From positions 6,262,001-6,326,000 of the forward strand of contig OX597833.1 of the NCBI GenBank assembly GCA_951406725.2: a DNA stretch of 64,000 nt, in the 5' to 3' direction. The stretch is from Octopus vulgaris. Taxonomy: Eukaryota. Shown in pieces: positions 26,266 to 39,317 of the stretch. Every line of letters starts with the position of its first letter. The first letter of the stretch is position 1. A program made the position numbers and the translations under genes. The notes beneath the pieces are model-generated. The model searched no databases. It was not told where the DNA came from and saw only the letters and a program-made list of their open reading frames with translations.

Positions 26266-27159
26266 AGCATTGCTGCGTGGTTCACAAGTTTGCTTTTTAA
26301 CCATATGATTTTTGGGTTCAGTCCCACTACACAGCACCTTGGACAGATGTCTTCTACTAAAGCCTCAGGCTTGAAACTGAAAGAAGCCTATCATGTGTTT
26401 GTGTGTGTCTGTGTGTCCTTGCCTTGATATGAAGCACTAATTGTAAACAAACATTGCCTGATGTATGAGTAGCATTGTTTGTTTGCAATCTCCTGCAAAA
26501 ACATGTCTGGCTACGGTGCTGTTTGTGTTGAAAGGATTTGGGGAAATACTGCCCTTCTTGGTATTGGTCTTGGACAGATGACTGACCGAAACATCAGCTT
26601 CTGGTAGTTTGCCTTGTATTTCTTCTGGTTCCTTGAGTCCTGAGTTCAAATTTCACTATGTCTCCCAAAGATCTGGGACAAATATCAAGCCTACCAGTGT
26701 TCTCACATTTCTGCCAATCAAACCGTCCTAGATTGGTTGGTTCTTTATTCAACCCCTGGAAGGCAGAAAGGCAAAGCTGACCGTGGTAGGATTTGAACTC
26801 AGAACTCTAGGTGTCAGACTAAAGACTGTGGCATTTTGTTTGATGCTCTAACAACCCTTGTCAATTTGGTGTCTTCAAATGTTAATATGCAGCCATCAAA
26901 GACCTACTTTCAGGAAAATATTTGCGTCTATAGAATTGGTACAAATGCCAGCATGAAAATATACATCTTGAATGCTTCAGGTTTTGCAGAAATGGGAGCA
27001 GCAGCAGTAGACAGCTTGTTAAAGTTAATAATAATAACAGCAACAACAATAATGAAAATAAATGTTTCTTTGATGTTTTGTTAGATTTTAGATTACCAAA
27101 GTGTTAACATTTGTCATAGATCCAGTAGCAAGCTGACAATTAGGTTCATGGGGTGTATC

Positions 27160-27225
<66 letters not shown>

Positions 27226-27575
27226 GTGTATGTAAGTATGTGTGTGTTTATATATATATATATATGTATGTAATGTTCACATGGTTGCGAAGCATATGTT
27301 TCACTATGCTACCCTATGTATTTCCTCTACCCCACCCTCATTAGAAGTGTGTGTGTGTACAGATTTATATTTGGTTCTCATGGTTTGACAGCCAGTGTTG
27401 GTTTGTTTGCATTCCTCTAACTCAAAGCAGTTTAGCAAAAATGACTCCTCGTGGAGTAAGCACCAGAGTTCAAATTAATCCTGGAGTTGATTTGAGCCAC
27501 TCAACTCTCAAGGCAGTGCTCCAGCATGGCCACAGTTTAATGATTGACACAAGTAAAAGAACAAAAAAATGAAAG

Positions 27576-27611
<36 letters not shown>

Positions 27612-28192
27612 CCATAATCGAGATTAGTGTGGAAATTAAATTCTTCAAAATTCCATTATTAACGATTTAGGTCTTTCAGAGTGAAGTTAACTGTTCTGCA
27701 AGTGTAAGGCAAGTGGTTGATGGGTGGGGGGCATGTCTGGTTATCGCAAAAGATGATTGAGGTTAGCCTTCTGGAAGGCCTTCTTTCGCTGGTAGGAGTG
27801 GATTCACATCAAAGAATAACAACCAACGAGGAGGCTGCTACCCAGGTAATATCATCTGTAGATGAAGGGGTACCACAATGTACATACTGTATTAATGTCC
27901 AAGTTCTGCTGTACCACTGGGAACCTTACTGCAGCGACTCCTCACCCATGGATTCTAGAAGACTACCATTTATACCATTTATACTCCACCCCTATCTATA
28001 AAAAAAAAAAACCCTGTAGAACATCTCAGAATATCACACTTTGTATCTTGCAAAGATAATCTGGAACTTGACTGAGGAAAGAAAACTCCGAATGACCCGT
28101 CCATGTTTTTTCTTGTCCCTTTTTTGTATCATCTGACTGTCTGGATGTTTTGCGTTCTTGTCTCATTTTTTGTATTCCTTTATGTATTTATA

Positions 28193-28223
<31 letters not shown>

Positions 28224-28561
28224 TTTATATAGAGGTATATTATTCATAGGTACCGCATGCTAGGAGGGACCTTGCAGTAAAACTACTAAAATAAACAAAT
28301 TTTACCGAATGCAAAACTTCAAAGCAAGTCATTAAAAAATATATATGTATATATATATGAACATACACTCTCAAAGTCTTGATCCAACTCAGTACATTTT
28401 AGATGTAAAGTACAAATGGTTAACACCATCCTCTCTTCTTGCTACAATGTGAATAGTCATGTAGAATAGCCATGCACCTCTTCTAGACGAAGGGAGCAGT
28501 TCTGTTTTGGTTCCTTCCCCTAGCATAAAGCCCCTCTTTACTGCGGCCCCACTCATTTTAA

Positions 28562-28782
28562 CCCTTTCGTTACCGTATTTATTTTGAGATGCTCTGTGTT
28601 TCTTTTAAATACTTTAAATATAACAAAGAATTTAGTAAAATAACTTCGTTATCATTAAGCTGGTTTTAGGAACATAAATTGTGACTAAGGTTTGGTGGAA
28701 GATTTTAATTCAAAACTTATGAAAACAAGACATTTGTACTACAGAGCCAGAGGCAGTTTCAGCCAGGTTGGTATCAAAAGGG
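28562..28782. mobile_element. piggyBac-type MITE (TTAA target)
   Basis: TTAA|CCCTTTCGTTACC ... GGTATCAAAAGGG|TTAA; homologous to the copies at 35272 and 35509. Confidence 0.8.
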
Positions 28783-29974
28783 TTAAAGGGTTCGTAAGTC
28801 ATGTCAGCTGCATGGTGACCCCAGTAGTATTGGTGTCATGAAAAAAAAGGCACCCAATACGTGCTGTGAGGTTGTTGGCGTTGGGAATGTTATCCAAATA
28901 AGGAAACCATGCCAGAGTAGACATTGGAGTTGGTTGCAATTGTGAAACCTGTTGGATCGGGTCAAACCGTCCGAACCATGCCAACGTACATAATGGATGT
29001 TAAAAAATGATGAGTTTCGTACAGTGAAAGGTTAAAGATGGTGGTCACCGGTCAGTCTGGTGACAATTGATTTTGATGCATAAATATGTATGAAGTTCGT
29101 TTAGATTTGCTAACGGGGAGAGAAAGGGTCCATTAACGATGACAAAGCAGCATTTCTTTGAGGTTGGTTTCTATTTTAAAAGATTAAATAAGTAATCATC
29201 AAAGGGGAAAGTGGTTCTATTGATCACCTAACAGCGTGTGTGTGTATATGTGCATGTATAGATGTGTTTACATGTGTGTATATGTATGTATAAATATCTG
29301 TGAGTGTGTGTGTGCATTTACAATATTTTGCAGGCAAGGAGTGGTTGGCGTTAGGAAGGGCATCCAGCTGTAGAAACACCGCCAGATTTGACTGGCCTGG
29401 TGCAGCCTTTGGGCTTCCCAGACTCCTGTTGAACCATCCAACCCATGCTAGCATGGAAAGCAGACGTTAAACGATGATGATGATGCTGATGATGATGCAA
29501 ATGAAGCGGGTGTATATATTCTGTATCGTTCATCTTATGCGTACTGTGGATTCGAGAATATTCAACTTCTGTTCCAGTTTAACCATTGCTCTCTCGCCCT
29601 CCCCTTCTCTCTTTCTCTGTCTGTCTGTATGTCTTCTAAGCGTTACCCACCATTCTTATCTTTTTGGTCCTAAGGTCATATTTTGTCCATTTCCTGTTTA
29701 TTTCATCTTTGTCCATCATCTTAAATTATATTTCTTTTGCTTTCGTATGTCCACTCTGTGTTGTTTTGTTTGCTTGAGGCCCACAATTCTCTGCGACTTT
29801 CACAAGCACCACCAGCATGGGAAGTTCTCAGTCTTATCATTAATGGTGCGAATCAAAGTATGACCATTTTGGTTTGTAACTGATGAAGAATTAGGGACCC
29901 TCTGTGTCTGTGTCTGTCTCCCTTCCAGTTGTACACTCAGTATATGTGTATACATATATATATATATTTTACAC

Positions 29975-30207
29975 CAATCCGACCGTGGCCGTTGCCAGCC
30001 TCGCCTGGCACCTGTGCAGGTGGCACGTAAAAAGCACCCACTACACTTACGGAGTGGTTGGCGTTAGGAAGGGCATCCAGCTGTAGAAACATTGCCAGAT
30101 AAGACTGGAGCCTGGTGCAGCCTTCTGGCTTCACAGACCCCAGTAGAACCGTCCAACCCATGCTAGCATGGAAAACGGACGCTAAACGATGATGATGATG
30201 ATGATGA

Positions 30208-30210
<3 letters not shown>
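29975..30210 (+). mobile_element. SINE family C
   Basis: Core GGCGTTAGGAAGGGCATCCAGCTGTAGAAAC and tail GGACGCTAAAC(GAT)n. A shorter copy lies at about 29338-29497. Confidence 0.8.
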
Positions 30211-30255
<45 letters not shown>

Positions 30256-30799
30256 GCTCTCATAGCTTTGATCCAACTCAGTACTAGGTGTAAAGTACAA
30301 ATTTATTAATTTTAGTTCAACCTTTACAACAAACTAACTGTTCGCCTCTTATCAGTGCATCACCAGACCCCTCTGATGATGGTGCGATAACACAGGGGAG
30401 GAAACAGTGTGCTAACTGTAAGATCTGTGTGTGTGTTTGTTCGGTTTCCTTCCAACTTCACTGCCCCCCGTCCCCCCTCTCGGCCTGTCTTGAACCTGTT
30501 GTGCTGTTGTGTTTAGTTGTTGCATGACTCGACAAGATGGCGGAAAAAAGTTGTCGCATTTTCTGCAAGTGATGGCTGGCTTCTGTTCAGTGTCCTGGCC
30601 TTACGACCACCAACACTTGATCAGATCAAAACCACCACTACCACAACCACTACTGCTACTATTGCTGCTGCTGCTACTACTGCTGCTACTACTACTACTA
30701 CTCATACTACTGCTACTGCTGCTGCTGCTAATAATAATAATAATAATAATAATAGGGATTCTTTGGGGTTTGAATAATTCACCTCTGGAAACATAGGTG

Positions 30800-31110
30800 G
30801 TTCTTTCATCATCCTTAAGCAACCCTTATTCAGGGACCTTTTGAGCGGGATGGGCTACTCAACCTGAAGAAAATTCTGACTGGGCCCCACCTGCAAGGTC
30901 ATGTGCTGTTTATCTTGATATGAGATCACCATGTCGCGCACATATGGTTGTGATGCATGTGCCTGGTGTACCCTTATCAGACGGGTAGTCATGATGGGTA
31001 TACTGGGCTTCGTATATTTTACCCCAGTGTCACTTTGATGACATGCACTGCTCTCTCACTTACCCAATAATAATAATAATAATAATAATAAATAATAATA
31101 ATAATAATAA
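30800..31110 (+). repeat. Probable retroposon 3' segment ending in an (AAT)n tail
   Basis: About 260 bp of non-coding mixed sequence running into a long (AAT)n array, as in non-LTR element tails; family not identified. Confidence 0.35.
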
Positions 31111-31197
31111 TGCTGCTACTACTACTACTATTACTAATAATAATGATAATAATAATAAAAATAATAATAATGCTGCTGCTACTACTACTACTACTAC

Positions 31198-31232
<35 letters not shown>

Positions 31233-31574
31233 GTAGTAGTAGTAATAAAAATAATAATGCTACTACTACTACTACAAGTAGTGTTGCTGCTGCAGGAGAA
31301 GAAATAGCAACATGGCTGTCAGTGTCGTTCTGACGTGGTCTTATTTAGCGACGAGTGTTTATGTTGTTGTTGGAGGCAGATAGACAGATGGATGGATGGA
31401 TGGATGGATGGATGGACACACGGACAGATGGCGGACTGGGGGAACCCGAGAGTAACAGTTGGTCCGACGCCACAAAGGAAGGAAATGGCTGAAGCATGTT
31501 TTAATTCCTGGCATCAAACACGAAATGGTTAAAAACTGCCAGTTTTGACATGTCACTATTGGTTTGGGGCAGAT

Positions 31575-31583
31575 GGACACGTG

Positions 31584-31628
<45 letters not shown>

Positions 31629-31771
31629 ATGTGTGTGTGTGAATATGTGTGCATGTGTGTGTATATTTTTGTGTGTGTGGATGTGTATCTCTGAGTTTGT
31701 GTGTGTGTCTCCATATGTGTCTATCTTGTGTGTGTGTGTATGTGTATCTGTGTGCATGCTGTGTGTGTATA

Positions 31772-31808
<37 letters not shown>

Positions 31809-32066
31809 ATGTGTGTGTATATCTGTGTGCACGTGTATCTATGAGTGTGTGTGTGGGTCCATATGTGTCTATCTCTTGTGTGTATGTGTGTGTGTATCTG
31901 TGTGCATGCGTGTGTGTGTATCTGTGTGCATGCATGTGTATCTGTGTGTGTGCATGCATGTGTGTGTATTTCGTGTGGATATGTGCTTGCATGTATATCA
32001 CTCTTGAGTATATCTGTGTGTGTGTATATCTCTTGCGCGTGTGTATGTGTGTGTGTGTGTGTGTGT
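31575..32066. repeat. Degenerate (TG)n microsatellite block
   Basis: Directly visible. Confidence 0.9.
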
Positions 32067-32639
32067 ACCTCAGTTTGGAAAGTGGTGTTATGGACGATGA
32101 TGTTGAATGTTTTTGGGTTGACTGTGTGGGTGTGAAGATCTCTGACAGGATTGCGGAAGAAGTCTGGCAGGTTTTCATTGTTTATGTTTTAAAGAAGCAA
32201 CAAATGTCTCCAGGACTTCAATGTAAGACTGGGACAAGGCTGACAGTGTGAGGAGAGAGAGAGAGAAAGAGAGTGAGGGGTTGGCTGTGGAATGGAACGG
32301 AGCAGTTATGAATGTAGCTAGCAAGTTCTAGAGAGTAGATGCTGTTATACTAATGGTAGATGAAACGACAGTGAAGACTTGAAGACTTGGGGAATGGGAC
32401 TATGTCCGTTGTATTGGTTGGTCACAGTCCAATAAGGCCAGAGATGCACCATGTACGTACACACGCACATGCATGCATGTGTACATGCACACAACAGGAA
32501 TCTTTCAGTTCATTGCTTTGGTTGGACTTAGTTATCTTTACAAAGATCCCCCCTGCTGTTAGGACTGTCAAGATGGAGATAAATATTCAAGAAAATACAG
32601 GGCAGCACCTTTTCCCTCCTCAAAAAATAACACATCCAG

Positions 32640-32905
32640 CAGGGCTGTGGAGTTGAAACAAAAAAACTTTGACTCTGACTCTGACTCCTGTACTATTGGC
32701 ACCTCCGACTCTGACTCTTCCTTATGTAATTAAGTGATTGTGGTCTACCTATCTCATAAAGCATACGCTTGTACGTAGGCCTCTATGTTATAACTGGTTT
32801 AGATTCAAGAAGAAAGATATTGGGAGTCGGAATCAGAGTCGGTAAAATTATACCGACTCTGATTCCGACTCCAGCTACCTCTTGTTTCTGACTCTGACTC
32901 CCCTG
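32640..32905. mobile_element. MITE-like element with GACTCY subterminal repeats and a perfect internal 22-bp hairpin
   Basis: Starts CAGGGCTGTGGAGT and ends GACTCCCCTG. 32823-32844 is perfectly complementary to 32851-32872. No TSD is visible. Confidence 0.55.
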
Positions 32906-34515
32906 ATTTAGCATTGGTAGACCTTTCAAAGACAATTTTATTTATTTATTGTATGAGAGAGGAAGAAAAGGGGTTAATAAAGATATATAATAATTTGCTG
33001 TGTGTGTGTGTGGAGGGTTGGCCCCTGAAGGATAGATGGAATGTATCCCAAGAATTCCATCAGAATAAAAATGTGAAATGCTGGTTTACATTGCTGTAAT
33101 TACTTAGTTTTGCATTTGGCATTTTCCAAAAGGGGTTTTAAAGAAGAAATTTTACGAAGGTAAAAAGAGCAAAACAAGAAAGGGCTCCATTCATTTGCAC
33201 AGTAGGGATATTTAATGTAAGACTTCAATCTGTAAAATGGTTGGCATTAAGAAGGTCAACCATGTGGAAACAGACACCGGTGCATGATGCAGTCCTTGAC
33301 AGATGCTAATGGATGATGATGGTGATGGCTTAAAGTTGTTCCCTTTCAATGGGTCTGTCAGTCTTTTATTGCTCATTTCTTACTCTGTAAGGTGGTTGGC
33401 ATTTGGAAGGGCATTCTGCTGTAGAAGCCAAGCCAAGGTGCCAAAACAGACATTGGAGCTTAATGCTGTCCTTTGATTTATCAAACCCTGTCACACTGTT
33501 CCAGCATGGAATATGGATGCTAAAAGATGCTGATGATGATGATGCTATGGCAGCTTAAAGTTGTTTCCGTTTGATGGCCTCTTGGTCTTTTATTCCTCAT
33601 TGTTCTAATTCTCCAGTTTCAAAAGCATTCTTGTGGCAACATTTCCATGAGAGAATATATCGAAATATTCCATTCGGTTTTATTTTTCAACTGTACAGAG
33701 TTTGGCACCACTTTTGTTCTGTTTATATATATAGGGTGTGGTGCATTTAATGTATTTTTTTAATATCTTTAATTTTATTTATTATTTATTTTATTTTCTC
33801 TAAAAATGCTTTCTTCATTGAAATGCTATCTGGAACACACCTCATGCGGAATACAAAACTTAAAAGTAACGGTTACAAAAACAATGAAATTAAGTGGTTT
33901 TATGGACCTAATTCTTATCGTTCGTTAGTCTCGTTTACATTATTATATCTTTCAAAATTTCTGTGAGAATTGTGTTTTGTTTTGTTTTTCTTTTACTGCT
34001 TTGAGTCTACAAACTCAGAGGTCGGCGCTTATTGGCATTTTGGAAGTGGTTTAGGTGTCTGTAAAAGCAAGACTCTGTCTTTGCCAAATCAGTTGCCAGT
34101 CCGTTGCAGGGTTCACCTTTCAGCTGAGTTGTCAGGAACAATGAGAAATGAAGTATCTTGCCCAAGAGTGCAATTCATTCCCCACTCAGGGAATCAAACC
34201 CATTATCTTAAGCTCATGAAGACCAACACCCTAATCCTCTTGGTCAGTTGTGTTTACTGAATTAATCATCATCATCATTGTTTTAACCCTGACTTTTCCA
34301 TCCTTGCATGAGTCGGACAGAATTTGTTGATGCGGATTTTTCTACGGCTGGATGCCCTTCCTGCCACCAACCATCACCTGTCTCTCAGCAAGGTCAATGA
34401 TCTGTTAGTCTGTCAGACTACAAAATAACCCAGACATACTTCCGAACCGTTCTGTTTATAAAGATCATGTAACATGTCAAAGAGCCTGGCTATACATTTG
34501 TGGTTGACAGTGAAC

Positions 34516-34588
<73 letters not shown>

Positions 34589-34589
34589 A

Positions 34590-34639
<50 letters not shown>

Positions 34640-34974
34640 GCCCTGCTCTAAGAAATTTCTCACTCAAGAAAGATTAAATAAACGGAATGAATAGGTGGAA
34701 TGGGAGTTTTTCTTATTTCCTCAAATTACCATCCTCACTCTCTGACATCAGGAGTGTATGATTGCAATTGTCAAGAATTAACGAGGAAACCAAAATACAA
34801 CACGGCACTATGTAAACTAGAATCCCAACAGGTTCAGAAACTGAGCCAAATTTCACTTGACACTTTTAGAGGATAATTCCCACTCCCTGTTTTCTTGTTT
34901 CCTGGATTTACCATCTGTAAAATGTTAGAACCCTAGCAGCCGTCACCAAGCTGTTTTGCTTCTGATTAGTCATC

Positions 34975-35895
34975 TTGACCCCTTTTACCGTATTTCTATT
35001 GAAATATAATGCCCTTTGTTTCAATGAATTTTGTAAACAATCAAGAATTTAGTGAAATAATTTCATCTTTGTTTCTGCTGGGGTTTGGAGCATAAATTGA
35101 CATTTTGATGGAAGCTTTTTAGATCACATCAACTCTGAAGTTCAGTCTTTGTTTCAATTAATTTTGAAAACCATGAGGAATTTAGTAAAATAATTGTCAT
35201 TATTAAGCTGGTGTTTAGAACAGAAATTAACATGAAAATTAAATGGAAGCTTTTACTCTAGATCTCTTTAACCCTTTTGAGATGCTCTGTGTTTCTTTCA
35301 ATTGATTTTAAATATAACAAAGAATTTAGTAAAATGACTTAGTTATCATTCAGCTAGTGTTAGGAACATAAATTGTGACTAAGGTTTGGTGGAAGATTTT
35401 AATTCAGGACTTTTGAAAACAAGACATTTGTACTCAGACCCAGAGACAGTTTCAGCCAGGTTGGTATCAAAAGGGTTAAGAATTGTTTCTCTATTATATA
35501 TATTTTAACCCTTTTGTTACCATATTTCTGTTGAAATTCTCTGCATTTCTTTCATTTACTTTAAATATAACAAAGAATTTAGTAAAATAACTTTGTTATC
35601 ATTAAGCTAGTGTTAGGAACATAAATTGTGACTTAGGTTTGGTGGAAGATTTTAATTCAGGACTTTTGAAAACAAAACATTTGTACTACAGAGCCAGAGC
35701 TGGTTTCAGCCGGGTTTGTAACGAAAGGGTTAACCCTTTTGTTAGCATACACTGTTTTTTCAGAGAATCATGAAAAATTTTGTCAGAATGTGTTTGTCCT
35801 TATTAAGCTGAGGTTTGGAATATAAATTAACATTGAATTTTGACGGGTCTACTTTAAAACGAAGAGCTTTGTGTTGTAGAACCAGAAGCCGTGGG
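34975..35895. mobile_element. Cluster of at least five related TTAA-type MITE copies
   Basis: TIR-bounded copies at 35272-35475 and 35509-35729. A further copy starts at 35734 and shares TTAA 35730-35733. Older fragments at 34975-35270. All share an AAGAATTTAGTAAAATAA-like block. Confidence 0.8.
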
Positions 35896-36114
35896 TAGTT
35901 TATGTGGTGGGTGAGAGTTTGGGATGTATCTGGGGTTTGTTTTTCCCCCCAAATACGAAGTGGGTCTGGTCTTTTATCTTCATGCCTCACACCAACCACT
36001 CTGGTAGCTGAGGGGCAAAAAAGCATTGCTGTGGGATGCTGTGGTTGCTGGACAATGGAAGCCTGCTGCTGCTGCTGTCGTCACCTGACTGAGTGCACTC
36101 ACCTCCAGTACATA

Positions 36115-36163
36115 TTACTACTACTACTACTACTACTACTACTGTTGCTGCTGTTGTTGTTGT

Positions 36164-36200
<37 letters not shown>

Positions 36201-36343
36201 GTTGCTGTTGTTGTTGTTACTACTACTACTACTACTACTGTTGCTGTTGTTGTTGTTACTACTACTACTACTACTACTACTGTTGCTGTTGTTGTTGTTA
36301 CTACTACTACTACTACTACTACTACTGTTGCTGTTGTTGTTGT

Positions 36344-36380
<37 letters not shown>

Positions 36381-36439
36381 GTTGCTGTTGTTGTTGTTAC
36401 TACTACTACTACTACTACTACTGTTGCTGTTGTTGTTGT

Positions 36440-36470
<31 letters not shown>

Positions 36471-36487
36471 GTTGCTGTTGTTGTTGT

Positions 36488-36524
<37 letters not shown>

Positions 36525-36541
36525 GTTGCTGTTGTTGTTGT

Positions 36542-36575
<34 letters not shown>

Positions 36576-36589
36576 GTTGCTGTTGTTGT

Positions 36590-36629
<40 letters not shown>

Positions 36630-36646
36630 GTTGCTGTTGTTGTTGT

Positions 36647-36677
<31 letters not shown>

Positions 36678-36694
36678 GTTGCTGTTGTTGTTGT

Positions 36695-36725
<31 letters not shown>

Positions 36726-36845
36726 GTTGCTGTTGTTGTTGTTACTACTACTACTACTACTACTACTGTTGCTGTTGTTGTTACTACTACTACTACTACT
36801 ACTACTGTTGCTGCTGCTGCTACCACCACCACTACTACTACTACC
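36115..36845. repeat. Higher-order trinucleotide satellite [(ACT)7-13 GTTGCT(GTT)3-4], about 15 units
   Basis: Regular alternation of the two blocks; explains the poly-L and poly-T/V ORFs. Confidence 0.95.
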
Positions 36846-37349
36846 AGCAAGACTACAGTAGCCCCTTATATCACCTTGACACAGATGTTCCTGTTATACG
36901 TATATAACCATCTTGGATGTGTTACCATGGTAACTAGGGAGCCTGTTTTACAACTAACAGCAGTTGTAAAAAGGTTCCTGTTGACTTTCCCCTTCATCAA
37001 TTATAGGGATTGAATTAGGTTATAATTAGTAACTGCTGTAACAGCATCGTACTAACAGAGTAGTAGTAGTAGTAGCAGTAGTAATAGTAGTTATTGCTAT
37101 GCAGTTAGTAACTGGAATGTGGAAGGGTTACAAAGTGTTAATGTTTAGGTGCATCATGTGATTATATATCGGTAAATATGACGCTTTTGTGAGAGTCAAC
37201 GAGTCACTGTTGACTCTTGGAGGGGTGGGTGGTGGTGGTAACGAGCAATGGCGTTTACACAGGTGCACGCTATATGGTGGGCTTCTTTCAGTTTCCGTCT
37301 ACTAAATTCATTCAAAAAGGTTTTTGGTGGTTAACCCTGGGCTATAGAA

Positions 37350-37577
37350 GGTGAACTGGCAGAATCGTTAACACGCCGGGCGAAATGCTTAGCAGTATTT
37401 CGTCTGCCGTTACGTTCTGAGTTCAAATTCCGCTGAGGTCGACTTTGCCTTTCATCCTTTTGGGGTCGATAAATAAAGTACCAGATTCGCACTGGGGTCG
37501 ATGTAATTGGCTTAATCCCTTTGTCAGTCCTTGTTTGTCCTCTCTGTGTTTAGCCCCTTGTGGGCAATAAAGAAATA
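37350..37577 (+). mobile_element. SINE family B monomer nested in a minus-strand family A fragment
   Basis: Complete head and tail. Flanks GGCTATAGAAG and TAGAAGAAGGTGCTT continue family A sequence. Confidence 0.75.
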
Positions 37578-38707
37578 TATAGAAGAAGGTGCTTACACAA
37601 AGTGTCATGCTGTGGGACTGAACCTGAAACCACATAACTGTGAGGCAAACTTGTTAACTATGTGGCCATCCCAGTTTTTTACATTCTGAGTTCAAATTCC
37701 GCTAAGGTCAGCTTTACCTTTGTACCTGTCTAGTTCTGGGACCATTTTAATTACTAGCCTGTCCCTTAGATTGCTGGCTGTGTCATAGATATACCTCATC
37801 TGAAAATAAAATAAGATGGTCATAATGAGACTGCTTCTGGTCGGATGGTATCAGAGCTTTATCAGAGTTGGCCTGGAGGCACCTGTGCCTGTCCCTCTGT
37901 CATACCAAAGCCTTTTAACACCTGACATAAAATCCCACCCCTCTTTACTACAACCCTACTCCATCAAGGGTTTCTTCCCTGTTTTCTGAGTTCCTTGGCA
38001 ACCTCACTTGTGGTGGTCTCACGCAAAAGTCACCCGGTACACCTCGTAAAGGGGTCGGCACCAGGAAGAGCATCCAGCTGTAGATATGAACACAAAATAG
38101 GCAGACGGAGCCTGGGGTGGCCCTCCAGCATGTTGGGTCCTGTCAAACTATTCACCCCCCCCATGTCTGTGTGGAAGATGGTCACTGAATGATGATGATG
38201 ATGATGATGAATATGCGACTTTGTGTGCTTAATGGTTTTGTTGTGGTTAAGAGCAAAGGTTGGATTAACATAGTTAATCTGATAGATTCTAATTAGCCAA
38301 ACAATTATGAGAGAAGAAAATTAATCAATAGCAGCCCCCCCCCCAAAAAAAAAAAACAAGACGAAAGGTTAAAGTTGACTTCAGCAGAATTTGAACTCTG
38401 AACGTAAAGGGTTAGAAGAAATGATGTTCTATTATAGAGGTACAAGGCTTGAAATTTTAGGGGAGTTTGGGAGGGGGGAGGCAGGAACTGGTCAGTTACA
38501 TCACCCTTGAAAGGACGGAAGGCAGTGTTGACCTCAGCAGGGTTTCAATGCAGAACATAAAGATGGACAAAAGATGCTGCTGAGCCGTTTGTCTGGTGTT
38601 CCACCGATTCTGCTTCCTCGTTGCCTTAACCTTTTGATATTCAGATTTTCCTGTCAGTCGCCAGACTTACGCATCCACATTGCTTTGAATTAATCATGCA
38701 TTATCTT

Positions 38708-38990
38708 CATCATCATCATCATCGTTTAACGTCCGCTTTCCATGCTAGCATGGGTTGGACGGTTCGACCGGGGATCTGGGAAGCCAGAAGGCTGCACCAG
38801 GCTCCAGTCTGATCTGGCAATGTTTTCTACGGCTGGATGCCCTTCCTAACGCCAACCACTCCGTGAGTGTAGTGGGTGCTTTTTACGTGCCACTGACACA
38901 GGTGCCAGACAAGGCTGGCGAACGGCCACGCTCGGACGGTGCTTTTTACGTGCCACCGGCACAGGTGCCAGGCGAATCTGGTAACAGCCA
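38708..38990 (-). mobile_element. SINE family C (young copy)
   Basis: Close reverse complement of about 39560-39838. Confidence 0.85.
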
Positions 38991-39317
38991 CAATCGGATT
39001 GGTATCAAGTATTTGATGATATGGTTGTTTATTTTTACAAAGGCATTGTAGGGTAGGTACGAGAAGCCTGATCTGCCTGATTTAAGCATAAAACAAGGAG
39101 AATACTTGAGCCAGATATGGTTGGTTTAAATGCCAAAGGGCTCAAGCCAGAAGTAATATCCACCAAGCATTCCTCAATGCTCTACCGATTCCACCAGCCT
39201 CCTACCATGATGGTCACTTCAACATTTGCTTGTTCTCCAGTTTTATTTCTTTGTCAGCCCCACTGTGGGGGACCCCTCTATGTCTGTCCTTTGTTTGATT
39301 TCCTTATTCTCTTGTAT

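Noticed and set aside
28071-28100. CTGAGGA...CCGAA hammerhead-like remnant
   Set aside because: Too degenerate: no convincing stems or GAAA.
30366-30426. CTGATGA...GAAACAGT..ACTGTA hammerhead candidate
   Set aside because: Stem III is good, but stem II does not close next to GAAA and stem I has only 2 bp.
32175-32239. Possible minus-strand terminal exon LSQSYIEVLETFVASLKHKQ*
   Set aside because: The pyrimidine tract is a (CT)n microsatellite; no partner exons or recognisable homology.
35902-37013. Poly-L, poly-T/V and poly-V ORFs of about 300 aa
   Set aside because: Products of the trinucleotide satellite.
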